Assembly: GCA_023245335.1 (NCBI GenBank)
Contig: JAHFKK010000001.1
Coordinates: 795,505-859,504 of the forward strand
Reading direction: 5' to 3'
Length of the DNA: 64,000 nucleotides
Source: Candidatus Gottesmanbacteria bacterium
GTDB lineage: Bacteria > Patescibacteriota > Microgenomatia > UBA10105 > UBA927
Made by a program: the position numbers and the translations under genes. This document shows, piece by piece, positions 27,042 through 37,192 of this stretch; positions within the stretch are counted from its first letter, which is position 1; each line of letters begins with the position of its first letter. The notes under the pieces are model-generated. The model made no database searches. It was not told where the DNA came from and saw only the letters and a list, made by a program, of their open reading frames with translations.

Positions 27042-29972
27042 ATGGAAAATATAGTAATTAAAGGCGCCAGACAGCATAATCTCAAGGATATCTCGCTTAC
27101 CATACCCAAAAACAAACTCGTGGTATTTAGCGGGCTGTCCGGGTCCGGCAAGTCATCGCTTGCCTTTGACACCATTTATGCCGAAGGCCAAAGGCGCTAT
27201 GTCGAATCCCTCTCCTCGTATGCGCGGCAATTTTTGGGCGTCATGGACAAACCGGACGTAGATACGATAGAGGGCCTGTCACCATCTATTTCCATAGATC
27301 AGAAGTCCGCTTCTCATAATCCCAGGTCTACGGTAGGTACGGTCACCGAAATATATGACTACCTGCGGTTACTATTCGCGAGGGCCGGCCATCCTCATTG
27401 TCCGAACTGCGGCAGAGAAATTTCACGGATGTCCTCGGACCAGATTGTGAACGCGATCCTTGCCATGGGCGCCGAACGGCTTACTGACAGACGCGCCAAA
27501 CAATTCCGTATGGCCGTTCTTTCCCCGGTTGTACGCGACCATAAAGGCGAATTCACCAGTCTATTTGATAATCTCAAAGCCAAGGGCTACCGCCAGATCC
27601 GCGTAGATGGAGTATTTATGGATCTCGATGAGGATCGGACACTCATAAAGACCAACAAACACACGATCGACGTCATCATAGACCGCATCAGCATGGATAA
27701 ACCAAGCCTCAAGCCGGAATTTGTCGGCAGCATACGGTCGAGATTATCCGACGCGGTCAGTCAGTCACTCGCGCTATCCGACGGACTTGTTGTCGTAGGC
27801 GAGATTACCGATCGGGGCTTTGACCTACCGGACAAGCCCAAAAGCATGAATGACCATATATTTTCAGAAAAATTCAGTTGTCCCGTATGCAACATCGCCT
27901 TACCGGAAATCGAACCAAGATCATTTTCCTTCAATTCACCGCACGGAGCTTGCCCGGCGTGTCTCGGGTTAGGTACCATCCTGACCGTAGACCCTGATCT
28001 GGTGTTGAGTCCCGAACTTTCCGTATCCGAAGGCGGCGTATTGCCGTTTGCCAAGACGTTTTTGCATGATACCTGGTATGCACGCGTCGTGTCGACCGTT
28101 GCTGCCAAACATGGGATTAACTTGCGCGCGCCGCTTAAGAATCTCACATCCAAGCAACGCCAGATTCTCCTCTATGGCACAGGGGACGACATCCATCATG
28201 TCAAGGGAACCAACCGTTTCGGTGAAATGACCGCTATAGAAGAAACATTTCGGGGATTCGTACCGGAACTTATGAAGCGTCATGCCGAAACCGATTCGGA
28301 TTTTCTGCGTCTTGAGATCGAAAAGTATATGCGTCAGGAGGTATGCAAGTCCTGTAACGGACGCCGCCTCAAAAACGAAAGTTTACAGATTACGATCGAT
28401 AAATTTTCGATCGCAGACGTTACGGATCTCAGCATAACCGACTCCCTCGCGTGGGTAAAAACTCTCGTCAAACGCGAGGAGCCTGTTTTGACCGAAACCG
28501 AACGCCAAATAGCGACTCCTATCGTGAAAGAAGTCATGGCTCGTCTCGGATTTTTGGTAAGTGTGGGACTCGAGTACCTGACACTCTCTCGAAGTGCGAC
28601 CACGCTTGCGGGAGGGGAGGCCCAGCGCATACGCCTCGCGTCGCAAATTGGATCAGGGCTCACGGGGGTGCTCTATGTTCTGGATGAGCCATCCATCGGA
28701 CTGCATCCGCGAGACAACCACCGTCTCATCGCGACGCTCAAGGCGCTTCGTGATTTGGGTAATTCTGTCATTGTCGTCGAGCACGACCGGGAAATGATTG
28801 AATCAGCGGATTGGATCGTCGATTTCGGCCCGGGAGCCGGCAAATACGGGGGCACGGTTATTTCCGAGGGGACCGTTGCACATGTACGTAATGACCCAAA
28901 GTCCGTTACCGGCCAGTATTTATCCGATAAGAAACGAATTAAGATAACCAAATCGCCGCTTTTGGATTTGACACCCCGCTCAATTACCATAACGGACGTC
29001 ACCCATAATAACCTCAAGGGCATCACCGTTTCTGTCCCGGTAGGGAAATTTGTTTGTTTTACGGGAGTGTCCGGCAGCGGCAAATCGTCACTCATCGTCG
29101 AAACGCTTTTCCCGGCGCTGCAACGGCAATTCAATCCTTTTATGAAAGAACGGCCCGGAGCGTTTACGGGGCTTAAAGGCACAGAAGCGATAGACAAAGT
29201 CATTCTCATTGACCAGTCGCCCATAGGCCGTACGCCCAGAAGTAATCCCGCGACCTATACGGGACTGTTTTCGTACATCCGCGAAATATATGCAGCCCTT
29301 TCGGAATCCAAAATCCGCGGATACAAAAGCGGAAGATTTTCTTTTAACGTTAAGGGCGGCAGATGTGAGGCATGTGAGGGCGAAGGACAGCGCAAAATAG
29401 AGATGCAGTTTCTTGCGGACGTCTATGTCACCTGTGAAGTCTGCGGCGGCAAGCGTTATAACGCCGATACGCTTGAAGTGACATATCGCGGCAAATCCAT
29501 AGCAGAGGTCTTGAATATGAGCATCGATGAAAGCCTGGACTTCTTCCATGCGCACCCGCACGTACTTCTAAAATTGCAGACACTCTTTGACGTAGGTTTA
29601 GGATATATGCAGCTTGGACAGGCGGCGACAACCTTATCAGGCGGCGAAGCGCAGAGGGTCAAGCTAGCGACAGAACTATCCCGCAGATCAACGGGAAAAA
29701 CCGTCTATATACTCGATGAACCGACGACCGGTCTCCACTTTGCCGATTTAGAAAAGTTGCTTGCCGTCCTCCATCGGTTGGTCGGAAGCGGCAACACGGT
29801 TATCGTCATAGAGCACAATCTGGATGTCATACGATCTGCTGATTGGGTCGTTGATCTCGGGCCCGAGGGGGGAGATAATGGCGGACGCATTGTCTGCGCG
29901 GGTACGCCTCACGACGTCATGAAAGAGAAACATTCTTATACCGGACAGTTTTTGAAAAAAGCGCTAGAATAA
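27042..29972 (+). CDS. uvrA: excinuclease ABC subunit A
   Basis: IVIKGARQHNLKDISL, two ABC ATPase modules (GLSGSGKSS / GVSGSGKSS), zinc-finger Cys clusters (CPNCG, CEACEGEG...CEVCGG). Confidence 0.9.
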   Translation: MENIVIKGARQHNLKDISLTIPKNKLVVFSGLSGSGKSSLAFDTIYAEGQRRYVESLSSYARQFLGVMDKPDVDTIEGLSPSISIDQKSASHNPRSTVGTVTEIYDYLRLLFARAGHPHCPNCGREISRMSSDQIVNAILAMGAERLTDRRAKQFRMAVLSPVVRDHKGEFTSLFDNLKAKGYRQIRVDGVFMDLDEDRTLIKTNKHTIDVIIDRISMDKPSLKPEFVGSIRSRLSDAVSQSLALSDGLVVVGEITDRGFDLPDKPKSMNDHIFSEKFSCPVCNIALPEIEPRSFSFNSPHGACPACLGLGTILTVDPDLVLSPELSVSEGGVLPFAKTFLHDTWYARVVSTVAAKHGINLRAPLKNLTSKQRQILLYGTGDDIHHVKGTNRFGEMTAIEETFRGFVPELMKRHAETDSDFLRLEIEKYMRQEVCKSCNGRRLKNESLQITIDKFSIADVTDLSITDSLAWVKTLVKREEPVLTETERQIATPIVKEVMARLGFLVSVGLEYLTLSRSATTLAGGEAQRIRLASQIGSGLTGVLYVLDEPSIGLHPRDNHRLIATLKALRDLGNSVIVVEHDREMIESADWIVDFGPGAGKYGGTVISEGTVAHVRNDPKSVTGQYLSDKKRIKITKSPLLDLTPRSITITDVTHNNLKGITVSVPVGKFVCFTGVSGSGKSSLIVETLFPALQRQFNPFMKERPGAFTGLKGTEAIDKVILIDQSPIGRTPRSNPATYTGLFSYIREIYAALSESKIRGYKSGRFSFNVKGGRCEACEGEGQRKIEMQFLADVYVTCEVCGGKRYNADTLEVTYRGKSIAEVLNMSIDESLDFFHAHPHVLLKLQTLFDVGLGYMQLGQAATTLSGGEAQRVKLATELSRRSTGKTVYILDEPTTGLHFADLEKLLAVLHRLVGSGNTVIVIEHNLDVIRSADWVVDLGPEGGDNGGRIVCAGTPHDVMKEKHSYTGQFLKKALE

Positions 29973-29994
29973 GAGAATCAATACGCAAAACCCC

Positions 29995-31821
29995 ATGAAG
30001 AAACGTGCGTTTAACGTGTATCAGATCCTTATCTTCCTTTTTGGATTTGTTTTGCTGAGTCTTTGCCCCAAACCCGTCTATGCGACCGGCGAATTCCAAG
30101 CGGATTACGACGTGCAGTACGCCATAGCCCCCAGCGGCAAAACCATTGCGACCCAGCACGTCACACTGACCAATAAACTATCCAATTACTATCCCAAGCA
30201 ATATTCACTCCTTCTGGACAGCGACAAAATTTCAAATGTCATCGCCTATGATGACGGGGGCGTCATAAGCCCCGCCATCTCGGTCAAAGATGGCAAGACT
30301 GACATTACGCTTGCGTTTAATGTCAAGACGATCGGCTTAGGCAAGTCGTTTACGTTTTCCCTACGGTACGAACATAGCGGTATCGCCGCACAAAACGGCA
30401 ATATCTGGGAGATCTACGTGCCCGGCATCACGAATGACCCGGATATAGGGGAGTACAATGTGACGCTTGCCGTACCGCCAACGTTTGGACCCGCGGCGTA
30501 TTTATCACCGAGGCCCGCAAGCGGCAATACGTGGAATAAGGACCAAATGATAAGGGGGGGAATTGCCGGCGCATACGGGTCTTCACAGAATTTCGTCGCA
30601 AATCTAACGTACTCCATATCAAACGATGCGCTCGTTCCGAAGATCGGCGAACTTGCCCTACCGCCCGATACGGCATATCAAAAAGTGACCGTACAAAACC
30701 TTGATCCCAAACCGCAAACCGTGGTTCGCGATTCAGACGGCAACTGGCTTGCCAGGTACGAGCTTGGCCCCAGGGAATCCATGGCGGTTCATGCCAAGGT
30801 TCATATAGCTACCTTTATCGCAGCGCGGTCCGATTATCTGGCTCCGCAGGTTACGACGCCATCGTATGTGACGCCGCAAAAATACTGGCAGGTAAATGAC
30901 CCCCAAATACAGACGCTCGCGAAGCGCTATACCACGCCTCGACAAATATATGATTATGTTGCCTCCGCCTTGAAGTACGATTATTCGAGGGTAAATTCCG
31001 GCACGGTACGCCTCGGAGCAGTAGGGGCACTAGGCGCACCATCTCAGGCCGTCTGTATGGAGTTCACTGACCTATTCATTGCAATAGCAAGGGCGGCCGG
31101 CATACCGGCACGTCGCGACGTGGGATATGCCTATACCAACAACCCCAAGCTTCGTCCGCTTTCGCTCGTAACTGACGTCCTGCATGCGTGGCCCGAATAT
31201 TACGACAGCGACCAAAAGCTATGGATCCCTATAGATCCCACGTGGGCAAATACGACCGGTGGCGCCGATTACTTTACCAAACTCGATTTCAATCATATCG
31301 TTTTTGCTATAAACGGCGCCGACAGCACCCTGCCGTATCCCGCAGGGTTTTATCATGCGACCAGCACGCCAACCAAAGATGTCGACGTGACGTTTGCCCC
31401 GTCCGTATCGCTCACCAGCCACCCCGACATCGTTTCTCACATAGAATTCCCGTCCCAAATAGGTGCCGGCACGAACCCGACCGGTGCCATAGTCATAAGC
31501 AACAACGGAGATACTTCGGCATACACGATCTCGGTAAGCGCACAATCCAATGTCGGGAATGTTGGGCTGACCCAGGTGATACCTGAGCTTTTGCCATACG
31601 CGACGGTGCGCCTGCCATTCACGGCGACCATACCCCAAACCTTTGCATCCGTAAACGGCACGATCAAGGCACAGGTCAATGATGCTACCTTTAAGCAGAA
31701 TTTCACGGTCCGCCCGATCGTATGGCTTATTGCGGCTATAGCAATTTTTGCCGTTACAAGCGTCGTTATCGCCGTCAAATTAGTGCAGCTTCTCCTATGG
31801 AAGATCTTCAAAAAACATTAA
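29995..31821 (+). CDS. secreted/membrane-anchored transglutaminase-like protein
   Basis: N-terminal signal peptide, C-terminal TM helix, papain-like Cys-His-Asp core (CMEFTDLFIAIARAAGIPARRDVGY ... HAWPEYY ... WIPIDPT). Confidence 0.6.
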   Translation: MKKRAFNVYQILIFLFGFVLLSLCPKPVYATGEFQADYDVQYAIAPSGKTIATQHVTLTNKLSNYYPKQYSLLLDSDKISNVIAYDDGGVISPAISVKDGKTDITLAFNVKTIGLGKSFTFSLRYEHSGIAAQNGNIWEIYVPGITNDPDIGEYNVTLAVPPTFGPAAYLSPRPASGNTWNKDQMIRGGIAGAYGSSQNFVANLTYSISNDALVPKIGELALPPDTAYQKVTVQNLDPKPQTVVRDSDGNWLARYELGPRESMAVHAKVHIATFIAARSDYLAPQVTTPSYVTPQKYWQVNDPQIQTLAKRYTTPRQIYDYVASALKYDYSRVNSGTVRLGAVGALGAPSQAVCMEFTDLFIAIARAAGIPARRDVGYAYTNNPKLRPLSLVTDVLHAWPEYYDSDQKLWIPIDPTWANTTGGADYFTKLDFNHIVFAINGADSTLPYPAGFYHATSTPTKDVDVTFAPSVSLTSHPDIVSHIEFPSQIGAGTNPTGAIVISNNGDTSAYTISVSAQSNVGNVGLTQVIPELLPYATVRLPFTATIPQTFASVNGTIKAQVNDATFKQNFTVRPIVWLIAAIAIFAVTSVVIAVKLVQLLLWKIFKKH

Positions 31822-33128
31822 AAACACTGCCGCACACTCCCGGTGTGTATCTCTACCACAACGCTTCCGATGATGTCATTTATGTGGGTAAGGCGAAGGA
31901 TCTGTCGCGTCGGGTCAAACAGTACTTCCAGAAGGGAGATGCCGTCGGAGACAAAACTAGGCGTCTCGTATCCGAGATAGCAAGGATCGAAATTATCACC
32001 GTCACCAGCGAATTTGATGCGCTGCTTCTTGAGGCCAAGCTCATACGGTCGTATATGCCGAAGTACAACGTTATTTCCCGTGATGACAAAAGCTCCCTCT
32101 ATATCGGCATGACGCTTTCAGAGGAACTGCCGCATATCAGATTTGTACGGAAAGGCCAGATCGCGGAACTCCTTACGAAGCGCAAAAATGTGATATATGG
32201 GCCATTTCAATCAGCTCATGCAGTACGCATAATTTTACGGCAGGTAAGAAACGCTGTGCCGTATTGCATGCAAAACGAGCGGAATGGGCGTCCGTGCTTT
32301 TATACTCATTTAGGTTTATGTTCGCCGTGTCCTTCAGTGATCGCAAAAATGTCCGATGCGGACGGACGAAGGAAGCTCATCCGTCTCTACCGCAAAAACA
32401 TATACCAGCTGAAAGCGCTTTTTGACGGAAAAACCGCTGAAGTCCGACGACAGTACGAAGCTCGTATGAAATTGGCCGCCCGCGCACTCCGATTTGAAGA
32501 GGCAGGAGATCTAAAAAAACGTATCGATGCCCTATATAGTATCGCCGAATACCGCTACGATCCGGCAATATTTCTGGAACGTGGCGCCCAGGATGTGTAT
32601 GAGGATGAATTGGAGGAACTTACGGCGGTTCTCCGAATATTTTACCCTGACCTGACAGACCTCACGCGCATAGAATGCTTCGATATGTCCCAGTTATTTG
32701 GCACCAACGCCGTCGGCTCTATGGTTGTTCTCGTTGACGGCAAACCTGACACACATGAGTACCGCAGATTTCGTATACGCGACAAGGGCACCATCTCCGA
32801 TACCAGTATGATGGCTGAGGTCCTTGCAAGGAGATTTAAACATACTGATTGGCCGATGCCGCAGTTTATCCTTATAGATGGCGGTAAGCCGCAACTCGCC
32901 ATAACCTATGAGGTCATGAAGAAGGCGGATATCCAGATACCGTACGCAGGGCTTGCGAAGCGCCAGGAGGAGCTCATCATTCCGCTTCCTGACGGGAGAT
33001 ATAAAACAGTCCGTCTGCCGCTTTCCGGTAAGGCGCTCAAAGTGCTCCAGCGTGTGCGTGATGAAGCTCACCGGTTTGCCATTTCCTATCACCGTCTGCT
33101 ACGGGGAAAGAGCGTCATGGCGGTTTGA
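31797..33128 (+). CDS. uvrC: excinuclease ABC subunit C (short form lacking C-terminal HhH)
   Basis: GIY-YIG domain (PGVYLYHNASDDVIYVGKAKDLSRRVKQY), UVR-like segment, RNase-H-like endonuclease domain ending ...RVRDEAHRFAISYHR; start taken at the internal MEDLQ. Confidence 0.8.
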   Translation: MEDLQKTLKTLPHTPGVYLYHNASDDVIYVGKAKDLSRRVKQYFQKGDAVGDKTRRLVSEIARIEIITVTSEFDALLLEAKLIRSYMPKYNVISRDDKSSLYIGMTLSEELPHIRFVRKGQIAELLTKRKNVIYGPFQSAHAVRIILRQVRNAVPYCMQNERNGRPCFYTHLGLCSPCPSVIAKMSDADGRRKLIRLYRKNIYQLKALFDGKTAEVRRQYEARMKLAARALRFEEAGDLKKRIDALYSIAEYRYDPAIFLERGAQDVYEDELEELTAVLRIFYPDLTDLTRIECFDMSQLFGTNAVGSMVVLVDGKPDTHEYRRFRIRDKGTISDTSMMAEVLARRFKHTDWPMPQFILIDGGKPQLAITYEVMKKADIQIPYAGLAKRQEELIIPLPDGRYKTVRLPLSGKALKVLQRVRDEAHRFAISYHRLLRGKSVMAV

Positions 33129-33162
33129 CCCGATACCTCAAACTTGATACCATTGAGGCACG

Positions 33163-33567
33163 ATGAAGTACCTTATCCGTACGTTTCTGTTTAATTGCTT
33201 TTCCCTTTGGTTCGTGTCGCAGATTCTCCCGGCCCTCACGATTTCCGGCAGCTGGCAGGTTCTTTTGTTTGCCGGATTTGTCTTAAGCATACTGATGCTT
33301 CTCATCGCCCCTCTTCTCAAGATACTTTTCATTCCGATAAACATCATCACATTCGGTCTTCTGTCATGGCTTATAAACGTGATCGTGCTTTACCTTCTCA
33401 CCTTCTTTGTGACCGACGTATCGATCCATGCATGGAAATTTCCTGGTGCAACATGGGCCGGGTTTGTGATCCCTCCGATAACCTTTTCGTACATTCTGGC
33501 GCTTATTTTGGTATCATTGAGTGTTACGTTTTTTTCCAACCTCCTGCACGACATCTCGGAGCATTGA
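33163..33567 (+). CDS. DUF360/YvlD-like (phage-holin-4-like) membrane protein
   Basis: 134-aa four-TM protein matching the YvlD family pattern (LxNxxALxLxSxIxPG ... GFxxALxxALVLSIVN). Confidence 0.5.
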   Translation: MKYLIRTFLFNCFSLWFVSQILPALTISGSWQVLLFAGFVLSILMLLIAPLLKILFIPINIITFGLLSWLINVIVLYLLTFFVTDVSIHAWKFPGATWAGFVIPPITFSYILALILVSLSVTFFSNLLHDISEH

Positions 33568-33570
33568 CGT

Positions 33571-34584
33571 ATGACGACTAAAAAAGATCAGAAACGGATC
33601 GTGTGTATCGGTGGAGGCACCGGCACGTTTGTGGTGCTTCGCGGGCTAAAGCAGTATCAGTATAACCTCACGGCGATTGTCACTATGAGTGATTCAGGCG
33701 GGAGCAACCGAAGGATCCGGGACGAGTTCGGTCTCCTTCCTACCTCTGACATCCGTCAGTGTTTGGTGGCCCTCTCCGACGAAAACGGCGGGGTCGGATT
33801 ACTCCGCAAGCTTTTCATGTACCGGTTTGAAAAAGGCACGGGCCTCGCCGGTATGACATTTGGAAATCTATTTATGGCCGCCTTGACCGACATCGTCGGG
33901 AGCCAGGAAGAGGCCATCCGGAAAACCGGGAAAGTACTTCGTATCAAGGGATCTGTCATTCCCGTCACCTTGTCCGATACAAACCTCTATGCCACATATG
34001 CGGACGGCCATACCGTCACAGAAGAGCATCTCATTGATGAACCGACGCACGACGGCCGTATGCCTATCACCGAGGTCTCCCTGAAGCCGAGAGCCGTTCC
34101 CAATCCGGAAGCGATTGCGGCAATTATGTCCGCCGACCTCGTAGTCATCGGTCCAGGAGATTTATATACGAGCGTGTTACCGAATTTATTAGTGCCCGGC
34201 ATCCCCGAGGCACTCAAGGCGACCAAAGGAAAAATTGTGTATGTCATGAACCTGATGACGAAATTCGGTCAAACGTATAATTTTACGGCAGCGAAGCATC
34301 TTTCTGTACTCGAACAGTACCTCGGCCGGGCCATACGGTATGTCGTGGTAAACAGCGCGCCGCTAAGTCCCAGGGTTCTTTCCATTTATGCCAAGTATCA
34401 TGAAATCCCTGTCGCGAACGATCTCATGAAAAACGCATATTATGGCATTACTACGGCGCCAGTCGTCAGCCGTACCGTTTACGGTAAATCCAGCTCAGAC
34501 GAACTTATACGAAGCCTTATCCGTCATGACAGCGATAAACTCGCTAAAATCCTGGTATCATTATTAGAAAGGAGCGTCATATGA
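33571..34584 (+). CDS. yvcK: YvcK/UPF0052 family protein (CofD-like gluconeogenesis factor)
   Basis: IVCIGGGTG...TMSDSGGSNRRIRDEFGLLPTSDIRQCLVAL matches the LPPGDIRNCL region of the CofD/YvcK family. Confidence 0.8.
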   Translation: MTTKKDQKRIVCIGGGTGTFVVLRGLKQYQYNLTAIVTMSDSGGSNRRIRDEFGLLPTSDIRQCLVALSDENGGVGLLRKLFMYRFEKGTGLAGMTFGNLFMAALTDIVGSQEEAIRKTGKVLRIKGSVIPVTLSDTNLYATYADGHTVTEEHLIDEPTHDGRMPITEVSLKPRAVPNPEAIAAIMSADLVVIGPGDLYTSVLPNLLVPGIPEALKATKGKIVYVMNLMTKFGQTYNFTAAKHLSVLEQYLGRAIRYVVVNSAPLSPRVLSIYAKYHEIPVANDLMKNAYYGITTAPVVSRTVYGKSSSDELIRSLIRHDSDKLAKILVSLLERSVI

Positions 34585-34796
34585 AAATGGGATTACTCAT
34601 CCTGCATGTTCTCATATCCGTAGGTCTTATAGGGCTCATACTGCTTCAAAGCAGCAAAGGAGGGCTCGGGAGCGCGTTTGGCGGCGGGGGATCATTCCGC
34701 ACAAAACGCGGCGCAGAAAAGATTGTGTTTCATTCTACCATCGTTTTGGCGGTCTTGTTTCTCGTCACATCGATTTTGAACGTGATGGTTCGTTAA
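34581..34796 (+). CDS. secG: preprotein translocase subunit SecG
   Basis: 71-aa two-TM protein with the LLQSSKGGGLGSAFGGGG glycine-rich loop typical of SecG. Confidence 0.7.
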   Translation: MKMGLLILHVLISVGLIGLILLQSSKGGLGSAFGGGGSFRTKRGAEKIVFHSTIVLAVLFLVTSILNVMVR

Positions 34797-34809
34797 TACA
34801 TTCTTTGTT

Positions 34810-36153
34810 ATGGCCGTGCCACGATCCATACGACTTTTTTATCTCATCGCCATTGAACTTGCCCGTAAATATACGCGGTCGCTCGTATTGGGTTTCTGTG
34901 TCGGCCTATTCTTGTCGTTCCTTTTTTGGAAACTCTATCCGGTTGTCATAACCCCGCTTATTCATCATGTCGACCGCGTTGGAATCATCGGTGACTTCAC
35001 CCCGTCAAATCTGCCGCAATCTATCCAGGAATTAATAAGCGGCGGTCTTACTGCTCTGACGCCGGACGGTTCCGCGAAGCCAGCCTTGGCAAGCAGCTGG
35101 GAAGCCACGAACAGCGGTAAGACCTATATATTTACTCTCCGCCGGGATCTGACATGGCACACCGGGAGAGCGGTGACGTCACATGACATCAATTACAACA
35201 TCCGCGGCGTGACGCTCATACCCACAGGAGATGACACCTTAACCGCATATCTGCAATATCCATACAGTCCGTTTCCCACACTTATTTCCAAACCTATTTT
35301 TATGCCCGGGCTCAAAGGGTTCGGACCGTATGAAGTCAGCGGCATCTCACTGCAAGGGGACTCGGTCAAGTCGCTGCAGCTCACCCCCGTTAATCTTGCG
35401 GGATCATCTCCCAAGGATTACGTTTTTTATCAGACAGAAGCCCAGGCAATCACAGCGTTTAAGTTAGGTGAGGTGAATGCCCTTGAGGAGCTTTCCACAA
35501 GCTCCGGGCTCACCAATTGGCGTAACGTGAGTATAGAAAGGAATACGAAATACAATCGAATCGTGACGTTATTTTTTAACATGCATGACCCAAAACTTGA
35601 GGACAAAAATATTCGACAGGGATTGGCGTATGGCGTCCCAGATTTATCATATGAACGGGCGCGGTCGCCGCTCTCTAAAACCTCATGGGCCTATACCACG
35701 ACCAATGTCCGGCAATATGACTACGATCCTGTTCAGGCGAAGAAGCTCATCGGGCATACCGAAATCGCGACCACCTCAGCACAACTTACGCTTTCCACAT
35801 TTTCCCAGTACCTCGACGTCGCCCAGTCTATCGCCGCCTCATGGACCTCGCTCGGGATCAATACCAAAGTACAAGTTGAAAATGATGTCCCCTCGACTTA
35901 CCAGGTACTTTTGAGCGCGCAGGATGTACCTCCGGATCCCGACCAATATCTCTTTTGGCATTCGACCCAGAGTCAGACAAACGTGACGGGCTACGTGAAC
36001 GTCAAGATTGATAAGCTTCTCGAGGATGGCCGTCAGGAGCTGGATCAGACAAAACGAAAGGTCATCTATGCCGATCTCCAGAGAAGATTAGTAGAGGACA
36101 CACCGGCAGTATTTCTCTATTACCCGACGACCTATACCGTTACGAGGAAGTAG
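34810..36153 (+). CDS. ABC-transporter solute-binding protein, family 5 (peptide/nickel type), membrane-anchored
   Basis: N-terminal TM anchor, then ALASSWEATNSGKTYIFTLRRDLTWHTGRAVTSHD, which resembles the SBP_bac_5 signature region. Confidence 0.5.
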   Translation: MAVPRSIRLFYLIAIELARKYTRSLVLGFCVGLFLSFLFWKLYPVVITPLIHHVDRVGIIGDFTPSNLPQSIQELISGGLTALTPDGSAKPALASSWEATNSGKTYIFTLRRDLTWHTGRAVTSHDINYNIRGVTLIPTGDDTLTAYLQYPYSPFPTLISKPIFMPGLKGFGPYEVSGISLQGDSVKSLQLTPVNLAGSSPKDYVFYQTEAQAITAFKLGEVNALEELSTSSGLTNWRNVSIERNTKYNRIVTLFFNMHDPKLEDKNIRQGLAYGVPDLSYERARSPLSKTSWAYTTTNVRQYDYDPVQAKKLIGHTEIATTSAQLTLSTFSQYLDVAQSIAASWTSLGINTKVQVENDVPSTYQVLLSAQDVPPDPDQYLFWHSTQSQTNVTGYVNVKIDKLLEDGRQELDQTKRKVIYADLQRRLVEDTPAVFLYYPTTYTVTRK

Positions 36154-36634
36154 CTGCCTTATCCAGAGGTATCTCAAGAATAGATTCAAAATCGTCGAAT
36201 CCCAAGGATTTATAAAATCGTCTCGCATCAGCATTTTTTGCCATCGCCGCGACGCGAATCCTTTTTACGCCGCGTTTCGCAGCAATTTTTTTCGCTTCTG
36301 TTATCAACCTTGTGCCCAGCTTCTGATTTCTATAGTCTTCTCTCACAAACATGTTTTCTATCTCCGCGATCGGATTGTGTAAACGGTATGCGAAGACATG
36401 AATGAACAATAATATATAGCCAACCACTGTACTGTCCGCTTCAGCAACCAGGATGATAGAGGAGTCGCTTTCTAAACGTTTTTGGAAATAACTTCGCCCT
36501 TTTTCGGAATACGTCCAATCAAGGTTATATTCGTGATCAAATTTAGACTCGTAATCAAAAAGCGCTTTGTTTAAAGAGAGGATTGATTCCAAATCTTTAC
36601 GTTCTGCCTTTCGAACCGCGATATTCATACGCAT
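36140..36634 (-). CDS. GNAT family N-acetyltransferase
   Basis: Acetyl-CoA binding motif (RNQKLGTRLITEAKKIAAKRGVKRI, Q/RxxGxG/A). Confidence 0.75.
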   Translation of the reverse strand: MRMNIAVRKAERKDLESILSLNKALFDYESKFDHEYNLDWTYSEKGRSYFQKRLESDSSIILVAEADSTVVGYILLFIHVFAYRLHNPIAEIENMFVREDYRNQKLGTRLITEAKKIAAKRGVKRIRVAAMAKNADARRFYKSLGFDDFESILEIPLDKAATSS

Positions 36635-36658
36635 ACATTGTCAAAATCTTATTCCTTG

Positions 36659-36730
36659 CTGCGGGGCTTGGATTCGGACCAAGAATACCCTGCTCCAAAG
36701 GCAGGTGTCCTACCATTGAACGACCCCGCA
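36659..36730 (-). tRNA. tRNA-Gln (anticodon TTG)
   Basis: Reverse complement folds as acceptor TGCGGGG/CCCCGCA, anticodon stem CCTGC/GCAGG, loop CTTTGGA, T-arm CTTGG-TCCGAAT-CCAAG. Confidence 0.8.
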
Positions 36731-36743
36731 AACCTCTAATCTG

Positions 36744-36815
36744 AGCGGCGGACGGGAATTGAACCCGCTACCTTCTCCTTGGCAAGGAGACATTCTACCG
36801 GTGAACTACCGCCGC
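36744..36815 (-). tRNA. tRNA-Gly (anticodon GCC)
   Basis: Acceptor GCGGCGG/CCGCCGC, anticodon stem TCTCC/GGAGA, loop TTGCCAA, T-arm GCGGG-TTCAATT-CCCGT. Confidence 0.8.
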
Positions 36816-36863
36816 CGCGTTTTACGCGGCGTAGAAACGTTTAACGTTTCGCTTTTACACCCG

Positions 36864-37139
36864 CTACTGAGAGTAATTATACCCTAGTTTAAAGAATATG
36901 TCATGAAGTTGGAGCGCTAATAACTTCCTTCCTGCACCACTTTTTAGAAACAATTCCCGCCTTCGTCCATCCGTCTCTAAAGAGTAAGATTCGTAATATA
37001 TAAGTTGTACCGGCAATCTATTTTTCGTGGATAGAACGTGTCCCGAAATATGTTTATGGAATCTTTTTTGAAGGTCAGGAGTAGAGCCGATATATAATTT
37101 ACCATCTTTTTTGCTATAAAGCACGTAAACGTAATACAT
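36864..37139 (-). CDS. GIY-YIG nuclease family protein (standalone)
   Basis: YYVYVLYSKKDGKLYIGSTPDLQKRFHKH GIY-YIG motif; about 90 aa. The ORF could extend to 37178; it sits within the tRNA cluster. Confidence 0.7.
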   Translation of the reverse strand: MYYVYVLYSKKDGKLYIGSTPDLQKRFHKHISGHVLSTKNRLPVQLIYYESYSLETDGRRRELFLKSGAGRKLLALQLHDIFFKLGYNYSQ

Positions 37140-37192
37140 GTATGATCGCAGGTGGTGGCGCGTTATACGCGCTGGCACCGCGTTTAACGCGG

